A stretch of DNA of 64,000 nt, from positions 67,712 through 131,711 of the forward strand of contig CAZXUH010000001.1 in NCBI GenBank assembly GCA_964644035.1, in the 5' to 3' direction. A model generated the notes under the pieces. The model was not told the origin of the DNA and searched no databases. It saw only the letters and a program-made list of their open reading frames with translations. The DNA is from an uncultured Candidatus Saccharibacteria bacterium (GTDB taxonomy: Bacteria; Patescibacteriota; Minisyncoccia; Phycocordibacterales; DAORIS01). Positions within the stretch are counted from its first letter, which is position 1. Each line of letters begins with the position of its first letter. Positions 50,144-57,995 of the stretch are shown here, piece after piece. The translations under genes were made by a program, and so were the position numbers.

Positions 50144-51439
50144 ATGAAAGAGTTATCCAAATTCCAGCTTATCGTTTTCGGATCATTTATTTTGGCGATT
50201 TTCGTCGCTGTTATCGTACTTGCAAGTTTTAGAGCGAGTGGAGGAGGGGATGAACTCCGTCCTGTCGTGATATGGGGCACCATGACTGCCGATCGTTTCG
50301 ATCCATTTCTTACTGTTGGTACTAATGAACGTTCCGTCAACGCTTCATATGTCTATAAAAAGAGCGCTACTCTCTATCAAGAACTCCTCGAAGCGCTTGC
50401 ATCTGGTCAGGGCCCTGATATTCTTTTTGTTACTCAAGAAGAATTGTTCCAAGTTAGAAGCAAAATCGCTACCATTCCTTTTTCTTCATTCCCAGAACGT
50501 ACATACCGAGATAGTTTTTCAGAAGGTACTGAAATATTTCTCAATCAGCAGGGTATAGAAGCATTTCCAGCACTCGTCGATCCGATTGTTATGTATTGGA
50601 ATCGCGATATAGTGACTTCAAACAACTATGTCAGTCCGCCAAAGACATGGGATGAATTCCTAGCTTTCGCCGAAAGGGTCAGCAAGCACAATGCTCAGCT
50701 TGAGATTACTCGAAGCGCCGTACCATTTGGAGAATTCAAAAACGTCAGCAATGCTAAAGATATACTTCACACACTTATCTATCAGGCTGGGGGCAAAATC
50801 ACTTCACGCACGGACGTAGGTTTTACTTCAACGCTTTTCAATACACCACAGGGAACCAAGCTCAATCCTGCTGCAGCTATTTTTGATTACTTCATGCAGT
50901 TCTCTGATCCACAAAAGCCTACCTATTCGTGGAATAGAACCCTTTCTTCTTCAAAAGATATGTTTATCTCAGGAGACCTAGCAATTTATTTTGGCTATGC
51001 CAGTGAAGTCGATGAAATCAGAGCTAAAAATCCAAATCTCAATTTTGATGTAGCCTTTGTACCGCAGACCCGTGGCTCAGATGTGCCGATGACCCATGGC
51101 AAATTCTATGCATTTACTCTTGTGCGTATTGCAAGTATTCAAGATGGTGTTGCTCTCGCTGATGTAAATGTTCTTACACAACCACAAACGATTGCTCGTG
51201 TGATAGGAAGGAATGATTATTTCCCTGTGCGACGTGATCTTCTTTCTGTTCAACAGCCAAGAGCTGACAAATCGACATTTTATACGTCAGCACTCTTTGC
51301 ACGTTCATGGATCGATCCAAATCCTACGCAGACCAATACTATTTTCAGCGAAATCGTATCTATGATTAGCTCTGGCAGACTGACAACGCTTGAAGCAATC
51401 GATCGTGCCAATGCTCAAATAGAAAAACTATTGAAATAA
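50144..51439 (+). CDS. Extracellular solute-binding protein family 1
   Basis: GQGPDI, MYWNRD, PKTWDEF, FDVAFVPQ; N-terminal TM. Confidence 0.88.
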   Translation: MKELSKFQLIVFGSFILAIFVAVIVLASFRASGGGDELRPVVIWGTMTADRFDPFLTVGTNERSVNASYVYKKSATLYQELLEALASGQGPDILFVTQEELFQVRSKIATIPFSSFPERTYRDSFSEGTEIFLNQQGIEAFPALVDPIVMYWNRDIVTSNNYVSPPKTWDEFLAFAERVSKHNAQLEITRSAVPFGEFKNVSNAKDILHTLIYQAGGKITSRTDVGFTSTLFNTPQGTKLNPAAAIFDYFMQFSDPQKPTYSWNRTLSSSKDMFISGDLAIYFGYASEVDEIRAKNPNLNFDVAFVPQTRGSDVPMTHGKFYAFTLVRIASIQDGVALADVNVLTQPQTIARVIGRNDYFPVRRDLLSVQQPRADKSTFYTSALFARSWIDPNPTQTNTIFSEIVSMISSGRLTTLEAIDRANAQIEKLLK

Positions 51440-51440
51440 T

Positions 51441-51908
51441 ATGAAAAAAATATTACAAGTATTCTTAATACTTTTAGTCCTCTTCACACCAGTCTTTGGT
51501 AGTGAACTCGTGTATGCTCAGGGTGATCCAGGCGGAGGAGATCAGCAAAATGAAGATCCTGGAGGCGGAAATCAAGGTGGAGGTCAACCAACGGTTATCA
51601 ATTTTGAAATACCAAACCCTCTCAAAGCTCAGTCACTACAGTGTCTTTTGTATGACGTAATCAACGGTGTTATCAATGTTCTCGCCATAGTAGCAGCGCT
51701 TTATATCATCTACTCCGGCTTTATGTTTGTAGCTGCTCAAGGTAAACCTGCAGAGATAGATAAAGCACGAAAAGCGTTCTTCAACGCTATTATCGGTACG
51801 GCAATCTTGCTTGGAGCATGGGCGATTACGAGTTTCTTGGTCAATGTTGTCAACGACGTGGTAGCAGACGCTATCCCTGGTTTGCCAGATTCAGGTGCTT
51901 GCGAGTAG
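51441..51908 (+). CDS. TrbC/VirB2-like pilin
   Basis: Signal peptide, IPNPL, two TMs with AQGKPAEIDKAR loop. Confidence 0.8.
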   Translation: MKKILQVFLILLVLFTPVFGSELVYAQGDPGGGDQQNEDPGGGNQGGGQPTVINFEIPNPLKAQSLQCLLYDVINGVINVLAIVAALYIIYSGFMFVAAQGKPAEIDKARKAFFNAIIGTAILLGAWAITSFLVNVVNDVVADAIPGLPDSGACE

Positions 51909-51932
51909 GGTATTTATAAATAATTACACGTT

Positions 51933-52364
51933 ATGAAAAAAACAATACCACTTTTCTTTCTAATGACAGGTTTTCTAGCTACTGTAGCATATGCTCAGAG
52001 CCAAGGGGGACTGTCAACGTTGAATTTGAGGCAGTTGGTCAATCAACTCATTGGACTTATCAATCAACTCATTATTCTTGTAGCAGGATTGGCGGTAATT
52101 GTCTTTATCTGGAGTCTTATTCGATATCTTGCTACAGCAGATGATGTAGAAGCTCGCAAACAATGGAAGGCATACATGATATATGGAGTGATTGCTTTTG
52201 CTGTTATTACCGGTCTCTGGGGTCTTACCAATGCCGTACTCGATCTCGTAGGTCTCACGGGTACAGGTATTCCACAATTCCCAGGAGGCTACGGTGATAT
52301 CGATCAAAGTCCTCGTCCAGGTGAAGGTGGGTACAATCCTCCTCCACCTCCCGGAAACGCTTAG
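51933..52364 (+). CDS. TrbC/VirB2-like pilin with Pro-rich tail
   Basis: AYA|Q cleavage, FIWSLIRY...RKQWKAYMIYGV. Confidence 0.75.
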   Translation: MKKTIPLFFLMTGFLATVAYAQSQGGLSTLNLRQLVNQLIGLINQLIILVAGLAVIVFIWSLIRYLATADDVEARKQWKAYMIYGVIAFAVITGLWGLTNAVLDLVGLTGTGIPQFPGGYGDIDQSPRPGEGGYNPPPPPGNA

Positions 52365-52472
52365 TTCCTGTGCGTCTATTTATCCACACCCCTATTGCCA
52401 ATAGGCCTTAATAACGTATGATTATATGGACTTTACCAAAAGGTCACATTTATTAGTTTGTTATTATAAGCA

Positions 52473-52844
52473 ATGAAAAAAATCATTTCAGCAGTATCAA
52501 CTGGTCTCGTGCTTCTCCCAGTACTTGCACTAGCCCAGGGTACGAATACATTCGGTACAAACAGAATTAACAACATCCTTACAGGCTTCAAGAGCCTCGT
52601 AAACACCGCACTCATCGTGCTCTCAGGTGTTGCAGTTCTTGTGTTCATCTACGGTATTATCCGCTACGTTCTCTCAGCAAACGATGCAGAGAAGCGAAAG
52701 GAAGCCCGCGGATACATGATCTACGGTGTTGTTGCTTTTGCGATCATTGCAGGTCTCTATGGCCTTTCAAACGCTCTCCTCGATTTCTTTGGTATTGGTT
52801 CTGGTGGAAGTCTTACAATTCCTCAAATCAACACAAACGGCTAG
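52473..52844 (+). CDS. TrbC/VirB2-like pilin (probable major subunit)
   Basis: ALA|Q cleavage, FIYGIIRY...RKEARGYMIYGV; own promoter and terminator 52867-52901. Confidence 0.78.
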   Translation: MKKIISAVSTGLVLLPVLALAQGTNTFGTNRINNILTGFKSLVNTALIVLSGVAVLVFIYGIIRYVLSANDAEKRKEARGYMIYGVVAFAIIAGLYGLSNALLDFFGIGSGGSLTIPQINTNG

Positions 52845-52932
52845 TCGAATCTATCGCAGCCGAAATGAAAAACCGCCTAAGGGAACACTTATGGCGGTTT
52901 TTCTTTATTTATAGATAGGATATAATTGTGAC

Positions 52933-53190
52933 ATGGACGATCTCATACTTCAGATCAACTCGAAGATTATCAATCCAATCGTACTTCTCCTCTTTGCATT
53001 CACCTTTCTTTATTTCATTTGGGGCATTTATAAATACTATATCTATGGAGGAGGGGATGAAGATCGTCAAAGCGGTTCACGGCATATTCTGGCTGGTTTT
53101 ATAGGTATGATTATTATGTTCGGAGTATTTGCTTTCATCAATATCATTGTCGCTTCATTGGGTATTGAAAAGCCTAGTTCGCTCCCTTAA
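52933..53190 (+). CDS. Short pilin-like two-TM protein
   Basis: IINP, FIWGIYKY...RQSGSRHILAG. Confidence 0.72.
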   Translation: MDDLILQINSKIINPIVLLLFAFTFLYFIWGIYKYYIYGGGDEDRQSGSRHILAGFIGMIIMFGVFAFINIIVASLGIEKPSSLP

Positions 53191-53232
53191 ATAAAAAACC
53201 GGCACAATGTGCCGGTCTCTAGTTCTTATTGT

Positions 53233-53403
53233 TCAGAAAAACCAGAAGTAGATAATAATCAAGATGATTATTCCTACCCACCAAAACCTCATCAATACAG
53301 GAGGTATCTTTTTCTGAGGGAATTTAAACCCACATTCAACGCAGGTCTTTGCATCAGCCTGACTGTATTTTTTACACTGCGGACACATTTTGATGTCATC
53401 CAT
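53233..53403 (-). CDS. Zinc-ribbon plus TM small protein
   Basis: CPQC..CVECG; C-terminal TM; SD GGAG. Confidence 0.7.
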   Translation of the reverse strand: MDDIKMCPQCKKYSQADAKTCVECGFKFPQKKIPPVLMRFWWVGIIILIIIYFWFF

Positions 53404-53482
53404 ATAAGTCTCCAAAAGGGTTCTGAAATTCAAAAGAACTAATAATATTTATACCATAAATTATAAATTTTGTAAATAAAAA

Positions 53483-53510
53483 AGCCCCGACACATTGTGT
53501 GCTCGGGGCT
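53483..53510 (-). terminator. Terminator, exact reverse complement of 54237-54264
   Basis: AGCCCCGACACATTGTGTGCTCGGGGCT. Confidence 0.85.
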
Positions 53511-53518
53511 GAATGAAC

Positions 53519-54133
53519 TTATTGATTCGGATTCGAAGGAACGACCTTCAGGGCTTCCTTAAGTCCCTGATTGCTGAACGTCGTTGTGGACGCTGAAGCC
53601 GGTTCTGGATCGAGTTTGAACCACAGGCTAACAGGACCGGAAATGCTCCGAATTTCATAATCACGACGGCCGTGTTCCCATCCACTATCAAACGGATCTC
53701 CCGGTTTCATTCGTCGAACGAAACTAGGATTTTCGGGCTTCCGAAGCTCAATTTCACCATCAAAGAAGAATGTTGGAATCGTCGCGTAAGCGAACTTCAC
53801 GTGAGTCCATTCTTCTTTGTTGATTATTGAGTGGTCGGTAACCACTGTACCCTTGCTAGGATCCTTGGCAGTAAGATCGATTACATGAACGACGTATTTT
53901 TGTTTTACGTCGACAGGATCATCTTTTCCACTCCAGTTGTACCAAACAACGTAGGTTATCGTTGCTCCAGCGAATAAACAGAGCAAGATAGGGAGAAGTG
54001 ATCCCGAGCCAAACACTGAAGGTCTCTCAACGACTAAAGAAGCCAAAGGAGTGCCACACCTCTTGCAAAAAGAAGCCCTCCTGTCGTTTGCTTGTGTGCA
54101 AGAAGGACACTTTTTTATTCCGCTATTTGACAT
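53519..54133 (-). CDS. Zinc-ribbon plus TM plus unnamed domain protein
   Basis: CPSC..CKRCG, TM, WTHV..RKP..KPG..WF domain; SD GGAGG. Confidence 0.75.
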   Translation of the reverse strand: MSNSGIKKCPSCTQANDRRASFCKRCGTPLASLVVERPSVFGSGSLLPILLCLFAGATITYVVWYNWSGKDDPVDVKQKYVVHVIDLTAKDPSKGTVVTDHSIINKEEWTHVKFAYATIPTFFFDGEIELRKPENPSFVRRMKPGDPFDSGWEHGRRDYEIRSISGPVSLWFKLDPEPASASTTTFSNQGLKEALKVVPSNPNQ

Positions 54134-54236
54134 AATTGCCTCCAAAAATTTTTAATATCCGAATACACATCCGGAAAACATCTAAACAATTTATATCATA
54201 ATTTTTACATTATGTAAAGTATTTGAACAAAAGAAA

Positions 54237-54264
54237 AGCCCCGAGCACACAATGTGTCGGGGCT
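54237..54264 (-). terminator. Terminator
   Basis: AGCCCCGAGCACACAATGTGTCGGGGCT. Confidence 0.85.
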
Positions 54265-54276
54265 GAAAAACAAAAG

Positions 54277-55602
54277 TCATCTGTTGGGATTCGAGGGGAT
54301 TGCTTCAAGTCCTTTCTTTATACCCCCGACACTGAATCCACTGTCGCTTGAGGCTGTTGCTGGCCGGTCTTGGTTCCCAGTAAAGGGTGGTCCGAAATCA
54401 AACCATACTTCTACTGGTTCGCCCGTACCACCTTCTTCCTTTGTCAGAGCTCGGATGTCGACGTTGACCTGATTCTTCCAGTTCTTGACGAACGGATAAC
54501 GACCAGGTTTCCTGACTTCCGTGAACGTGTGATCTGTTGGCTTCCTGATCACAATCGTGTCACGGTGGTAGTACTGGTAGTTTTTGGAATTTCCAGGTCG
54601 CAAGACATGAGTCCATTTTCCTGGCTGAACAATGAAAACTCTTGAAGTGCCTGGAGTCGGTGTCTTAGACAAGTCCTCAAGAAAATCATAGTCTTCCTGA
54701 GAATTTGCTATAGGACTACGATCGGGAAGTGAAGTGGGGCTCTCTTTTCGGGAGAACCATTTCAAATCCGTATCGATGTGAATGTTGTTTTTGGCAGCAA
54801 TCACAATTCTGTCCTGCAAACCGGACTTAAGAAACGCAAAGTATCCAACAGTCATGATTAATAGGACGAGAATAACCCCATACGTCTTGAATGTTTCAAC
54901 AACGTACATCATGAGTAGAATCGAAATGGGAATACCGATTGTAAAGCCAATAAAGATTGTCAGCATCTCCCAAAAGAATGCAGCACTCAAGATGTAAATC
55001 CAAAAAAGTAATACCGCCCAACCTGCAGTGATTGCTCCTACAAGTTTGAGTTCTTTTTTACGATCAAAGCCAAACGCTGCGAGCTTAGCCCAAATACCCC
55101 TTGAAACTACAGTTGCCATATTTGGCTCGGGTCTCGCTGGATTTTGCTGCACAACTGGAACTTCCCCAGTCAGCGCTCTCTTACGACGGTTAAGTCGCTT
55201 TTTACTAACTGCAATGAAGGCAAACAATACAGTAACAAGTGCAAGTATTAGCAACCATCCAGGATTGCTATTCTTAGAGTTCCATCGAAGGTAAATACTC
55301 ACAAGGCATCCACCAAGAAAAAGAAGTCCGATAACTTTCCAAAAGGTTGGCCAGAAACGTTTTTTTCTCTTTCGCATATACTCCTCACACTTTTTTTTCA
55401 GTAGGACCCGGTGGTCTTTTAGCGTGACTTGTAGTTTCTTACAAATCCCAATAACCACTTTATAAAGAGAGGTTAGAATGAATTTGATGAGACTAACAAC
55501 TAATTTGAACAACATTATGAAGGGGAAGAATATCAGTTTAACCAACTTAATGATCCAACTGAAACCTCGACCTAAAGTAGCCCAGATCTTTTTCCAGTTC
55601 AT
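54277..55602 (-). CDS. Polytopic membrane protein with the same unnamed C-terminal domain
   Basis: Amphipathic N-terminus, about 5 TMs, WTHV..RKP..KPG..WF; SD AAGGAG. Confidence 0.75.
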   Translation of the reverse strand: MNWKKIWATLGRGFSWIIKLVKLIFFPFIMLFKLVVSLIKFILTSLYKVVIGICKKLQVTLKDHRVLLKKKCEEYMRKRKKRFWPTFWKVIGLLFLGGCLVSIYLRWNSKNSNPGWLLILALVTVLFAFIAVSKKRLNRRKRALTGEVPVVQQNPARPEPNMATVVSRGIWAKLAAFGFDRKKELKLVGAITAGWAVLLFWIYILSAAFFWEMLTIFIGFTIGIPISILLMMYVVETFKTYGVILVLLIMTVGYFAFLKSGLQDRIVIAAKNNIHIDTDLKWFSRKESPTSLPDRSPIANSQEDYDFLEDLSKTPTPGTSRVFIVQPGKWTHVLRPGNSKNYQYYHRDTIVIRKPTDHTFTEVRKPGRYPFVKNWKNQVNVDIRALTKEEGGTGEPVEVWFDFGPPFTGNQDRPATASSDSGFSVGGIKKGLEAIPSNPNR

Positions 55603-55757
55603 GACGACACTCCTTTTACTATTTTGTTTTTTATTTCAAAACTTGGACAACGTGTCACAAGTAACTTATGTAATTATTTTATCATATAAATAAAAAAAGT
55701 CAATGGTATCAAAATGATACCACTGACTTTCTGAGTCCATCGGTCGGCTTATTAAGC

Positions 55758-56888
55758 TTAGGATGGATTAGTCCGAGGCGCTGCTTGAGGGTTGGGTGGG
55801 TTAGCAGGTGCTGTCGGTTGTGTCGGAGTTACTTCTGTAGGTGTGTTGTTGGTAGGGATGGGCAGCAGGGTTCCAGGAGGAATGCCGTATACAACAGTTG
55901 TAGCATTCTCTGTGGCTTTTGATTGGAGTTGGGCTAAAAGAATCGAGACAGCATTAGAACTGGCTCCGTCTGACATTTTGATCAAGTCTTTATAAGCCTT
56001 GTTCTGTACATCAAAAGGAACAGCTGCCAATGCTTTTTCTCCGGCGGCTTTTTCAATATCGGCCAGTTTCTTCTCTCTTGCCAAGCTCTTCTGTCTGACA
56101 GCCTCAGCCTGATCATTGGAGAGCTCGAATCCTTCGTAGAAGATGTCGATGATTTCTAAACCTGTGTTTGATTTAAAAATCTCCGAGTTCAACGAAAGAA
56201 TGTATTCTCTCAATGATTCCTTCGGTAGATCAGGACCTTTTTGTGGAGCGTTGGGAGCAGTCAGAGCATCTTCCTTAAAGGCATGCTTTTTTACCGACTT
56301 CAATTCTTCATAGGTACGCTGATTGATAAAATCAGCCAGTGCGCCGGAAATCGTTTGAAGCGGATTTACCAAGTACTTTCCATTTAAGGTGTATACCAGG
56401 TAACGCGGCTTGATTGCGCGAAGCTGAATACCGATAGGGACGGTAGCCTTCCAATCATCCTTGGTCTCGAGATTTTCAAGCACCAAGCCCACCATGGAAA
56501 CAGCAAAGAGTTCTTTGACTGTCACTGCATTGTGGGTTTTCATGGTTAATGTGGAATTTTCTAGTTCGGGTCGAGCCCAAGACTGCTGCCACTCTTTAAC
56601 GTTGACGATCCAGGGAAGACCGATCCACACGACACCATAGCGTCGGTGAATAAATCCTAAATCAGGATCATTTCCTTCGGATGGTTCTAGGAGATCTTTC
56701 TCCATATTGTAGCTCCATCCTGGAACGTTGAAGATTGCCATTTTGACATCTTCTCCAGCCTCAATGAATTTTCCAGTCCCTTCACGAAGGGTAGTGAAAA
56801 ATAGATCAGACTCTGCCAACATCGGAATGCCGATGTCGATGATCAATGCCGCTAGGACGATGATCACGAAGAAAATAAGCAGATCCAT
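55758..56888 (-). CDS. SPFH/band-7-like membrane protein
   Basis: N-terminal TM, WIGLPW, LETKD, Ala-rich coiled coil (EKAAGEKALA), Pro-rich tail; SD GGAGG. Confidence 0.65.
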   Translation of the reverse strand: MDLLIFFVIIVLAALIIDIGIPMLAESDLFFTTLREGTGKFIEAGEDVKMAIFNVPGWSYNMEKDLLEPSEGNDPDLGFIHRRYGVVWIGLPWIVNVKEWQQSWARPELENSTLTMKTHNAVTVKELFAVSMVGLVLENLETKDDWKATVPIGIQLRAIKPRYLVYTLNGKYLVNPLQTISGALADFINQRTYEELKSVKKHAFKEDALTAPNAPQKGPDLPKESLREYILSLNSEIFKSNTGLEIIDIFYEGFELSNDQAEAVRQKSLAREKKLADIEKAAGEKALAAVPFDVQNKAYKDLIKMSDGASSNAVSILLAQLQSKATENATTVVYGIPPGTLLPIPTNNTPTEVTPTQPTAPANPPNPQAAPRTNPS

Positions 56889-56983
56889 GTGTACCTCCAA
56901 AAGTAATTTTTTATTGTAAGACCAGGCAACACGCCTAGTAACATCTGTATATATAGTATCACATTTTACCTAAAAAGTCAACT

Positions 56984-57012
56984 AAAAACCCCACACGTTT
57001 GTGTGGGGTTTT
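56984..57012. terminator. Intrinsic terminator
   Basis: AAAACCCCACAC-GTTT-GTGTGGGGTTTT. Confidence 0.85.
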
Positions 57013-57027
57013 GTTTAAAATTTAGAT

Positions 57028-57816
57028 TTAGTTTCCTCCATTGATACCGCCGTTACCACCAGTGATAGAACCACCACCTGTGATTCCACCTCCACCGGTA
57101 ATACCTCCGCCACCTTGGATTCCACCACCGCCTTGAAGGCCTCCATTACCGCCAGTGATTGATCCACCTCCAGTAATACCACCCCCGCCCGTGATACCAC
57201 CTCCTCCTTGGATCCCGCCACCACCGACAATTCCACCTCCACCAGTTATACCGCCACCTCCAGTGATAACTCCACCACCTTGTATGCCTCCGCCACCCTG
57301 AATACCGCCTCCGCCCTGGATGCCTCCATTGCTTCCGGTGATCGTACCACCTCCCTGGATTCCACCTCCACCTTGAATACCACCGCCTCCAGCGATTCCG
57401 CCGCTACCACCTGTAATTGAACCACCACCAGTGATGCCTCCGGCGCCAGTGATCCCACCTCCACCCTGAATGCCACCACCTCCTTGTATACCGCCACCTC
57501 CCTGGATTCCACCTCCACCTTGGATGCCGCTATTGTTTCCTGTAATACCGCCGTTTGAGCCAGCGATACCTCCACTACCAGTTATGCCACCTCCGCCCTG
57601 TATACCTCCACCACCCTGGATACCACCACTGCCAGTGATTCCGTCACTTCCTGTGATACCAATATTTGCAGTAGATGTAGCTGCTGGGATAAATTCACCG
57701 TCGACAAAAACGCCGGTTGAAGTACCAGTCTGAGCGTCGGTCGTCCGAGTGACGATCGAAAGGGGAGCAAAGCCTCCCAAAACGACTATAAGCAAAGCGA
57801 TAACTGACTTTTTCAT
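57028..57816 (-). CDS. Secreted glycine-rich (GGGGI[Q/T]) repeat protein
   Basis: Signal peptide MKKSVIALL..., about 30 hexapeptide repeats with varied synonymous codons; TGTTATAAT 7 nt before ATG. Confidence 0.85.
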   Translation of the reverse strand: MKKSVIALLIVVLGGFAPLSIVTRTTDAQTGTSTGVFVDGEFIPAATSTANIGITGSDGITGSGGIQGGGGIQGGGGITGSGGIAGSNGGITGNNSGIQGGGGIQGGGGIQGGGGIQGGGGITGAGGITGGGSITGGSGGIAGGGGIQGGGGIQGGGTITGSNGGIQGGGGIQGGGGIQGGGVITGGGGITGGGGIVGGGGIQGGGGITGGGGITGGGSITGGNGGLQGGGGIQGGGGITGGGGITGGGSITGGNGGINGGN

Positions 57817-57883
57817 AATATATATTATAACATATAATATAGTAAATTGCAATACCTGCAAAAACGAGAATGTACTTATCTTG

Positions 57884-57965
57884 TGGGCGAGGGGAGACTC
57901 GAACTCCCAATCCTTTCGGAACTAGTTCCTAAGACTAGCGCGTATACCAATTCCGCCACTCGCCC
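57884..57965 (-). tRNA. tRNA-Leu(TAG)
   Basis: GGGCGAG...CTCGCCCA, CTAGT-CTTAGGA-ACTAG. Confidence 0.95.
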
Positions 57966-57995
57966 GATACCACTGTGTTAGGATACTATACGTAT

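Noticed and set aside
52380-52388. Perfect DnaA box TTATCCACA as oriC
   Set aside because: Single box, no cluster and no dnaA/dnaN nearby
57028-57660. 18-bp periodic repeats as CRISPR or VNTR
   Set aside because: No unique spacers; variation is at synonymous positions of a coding repeat
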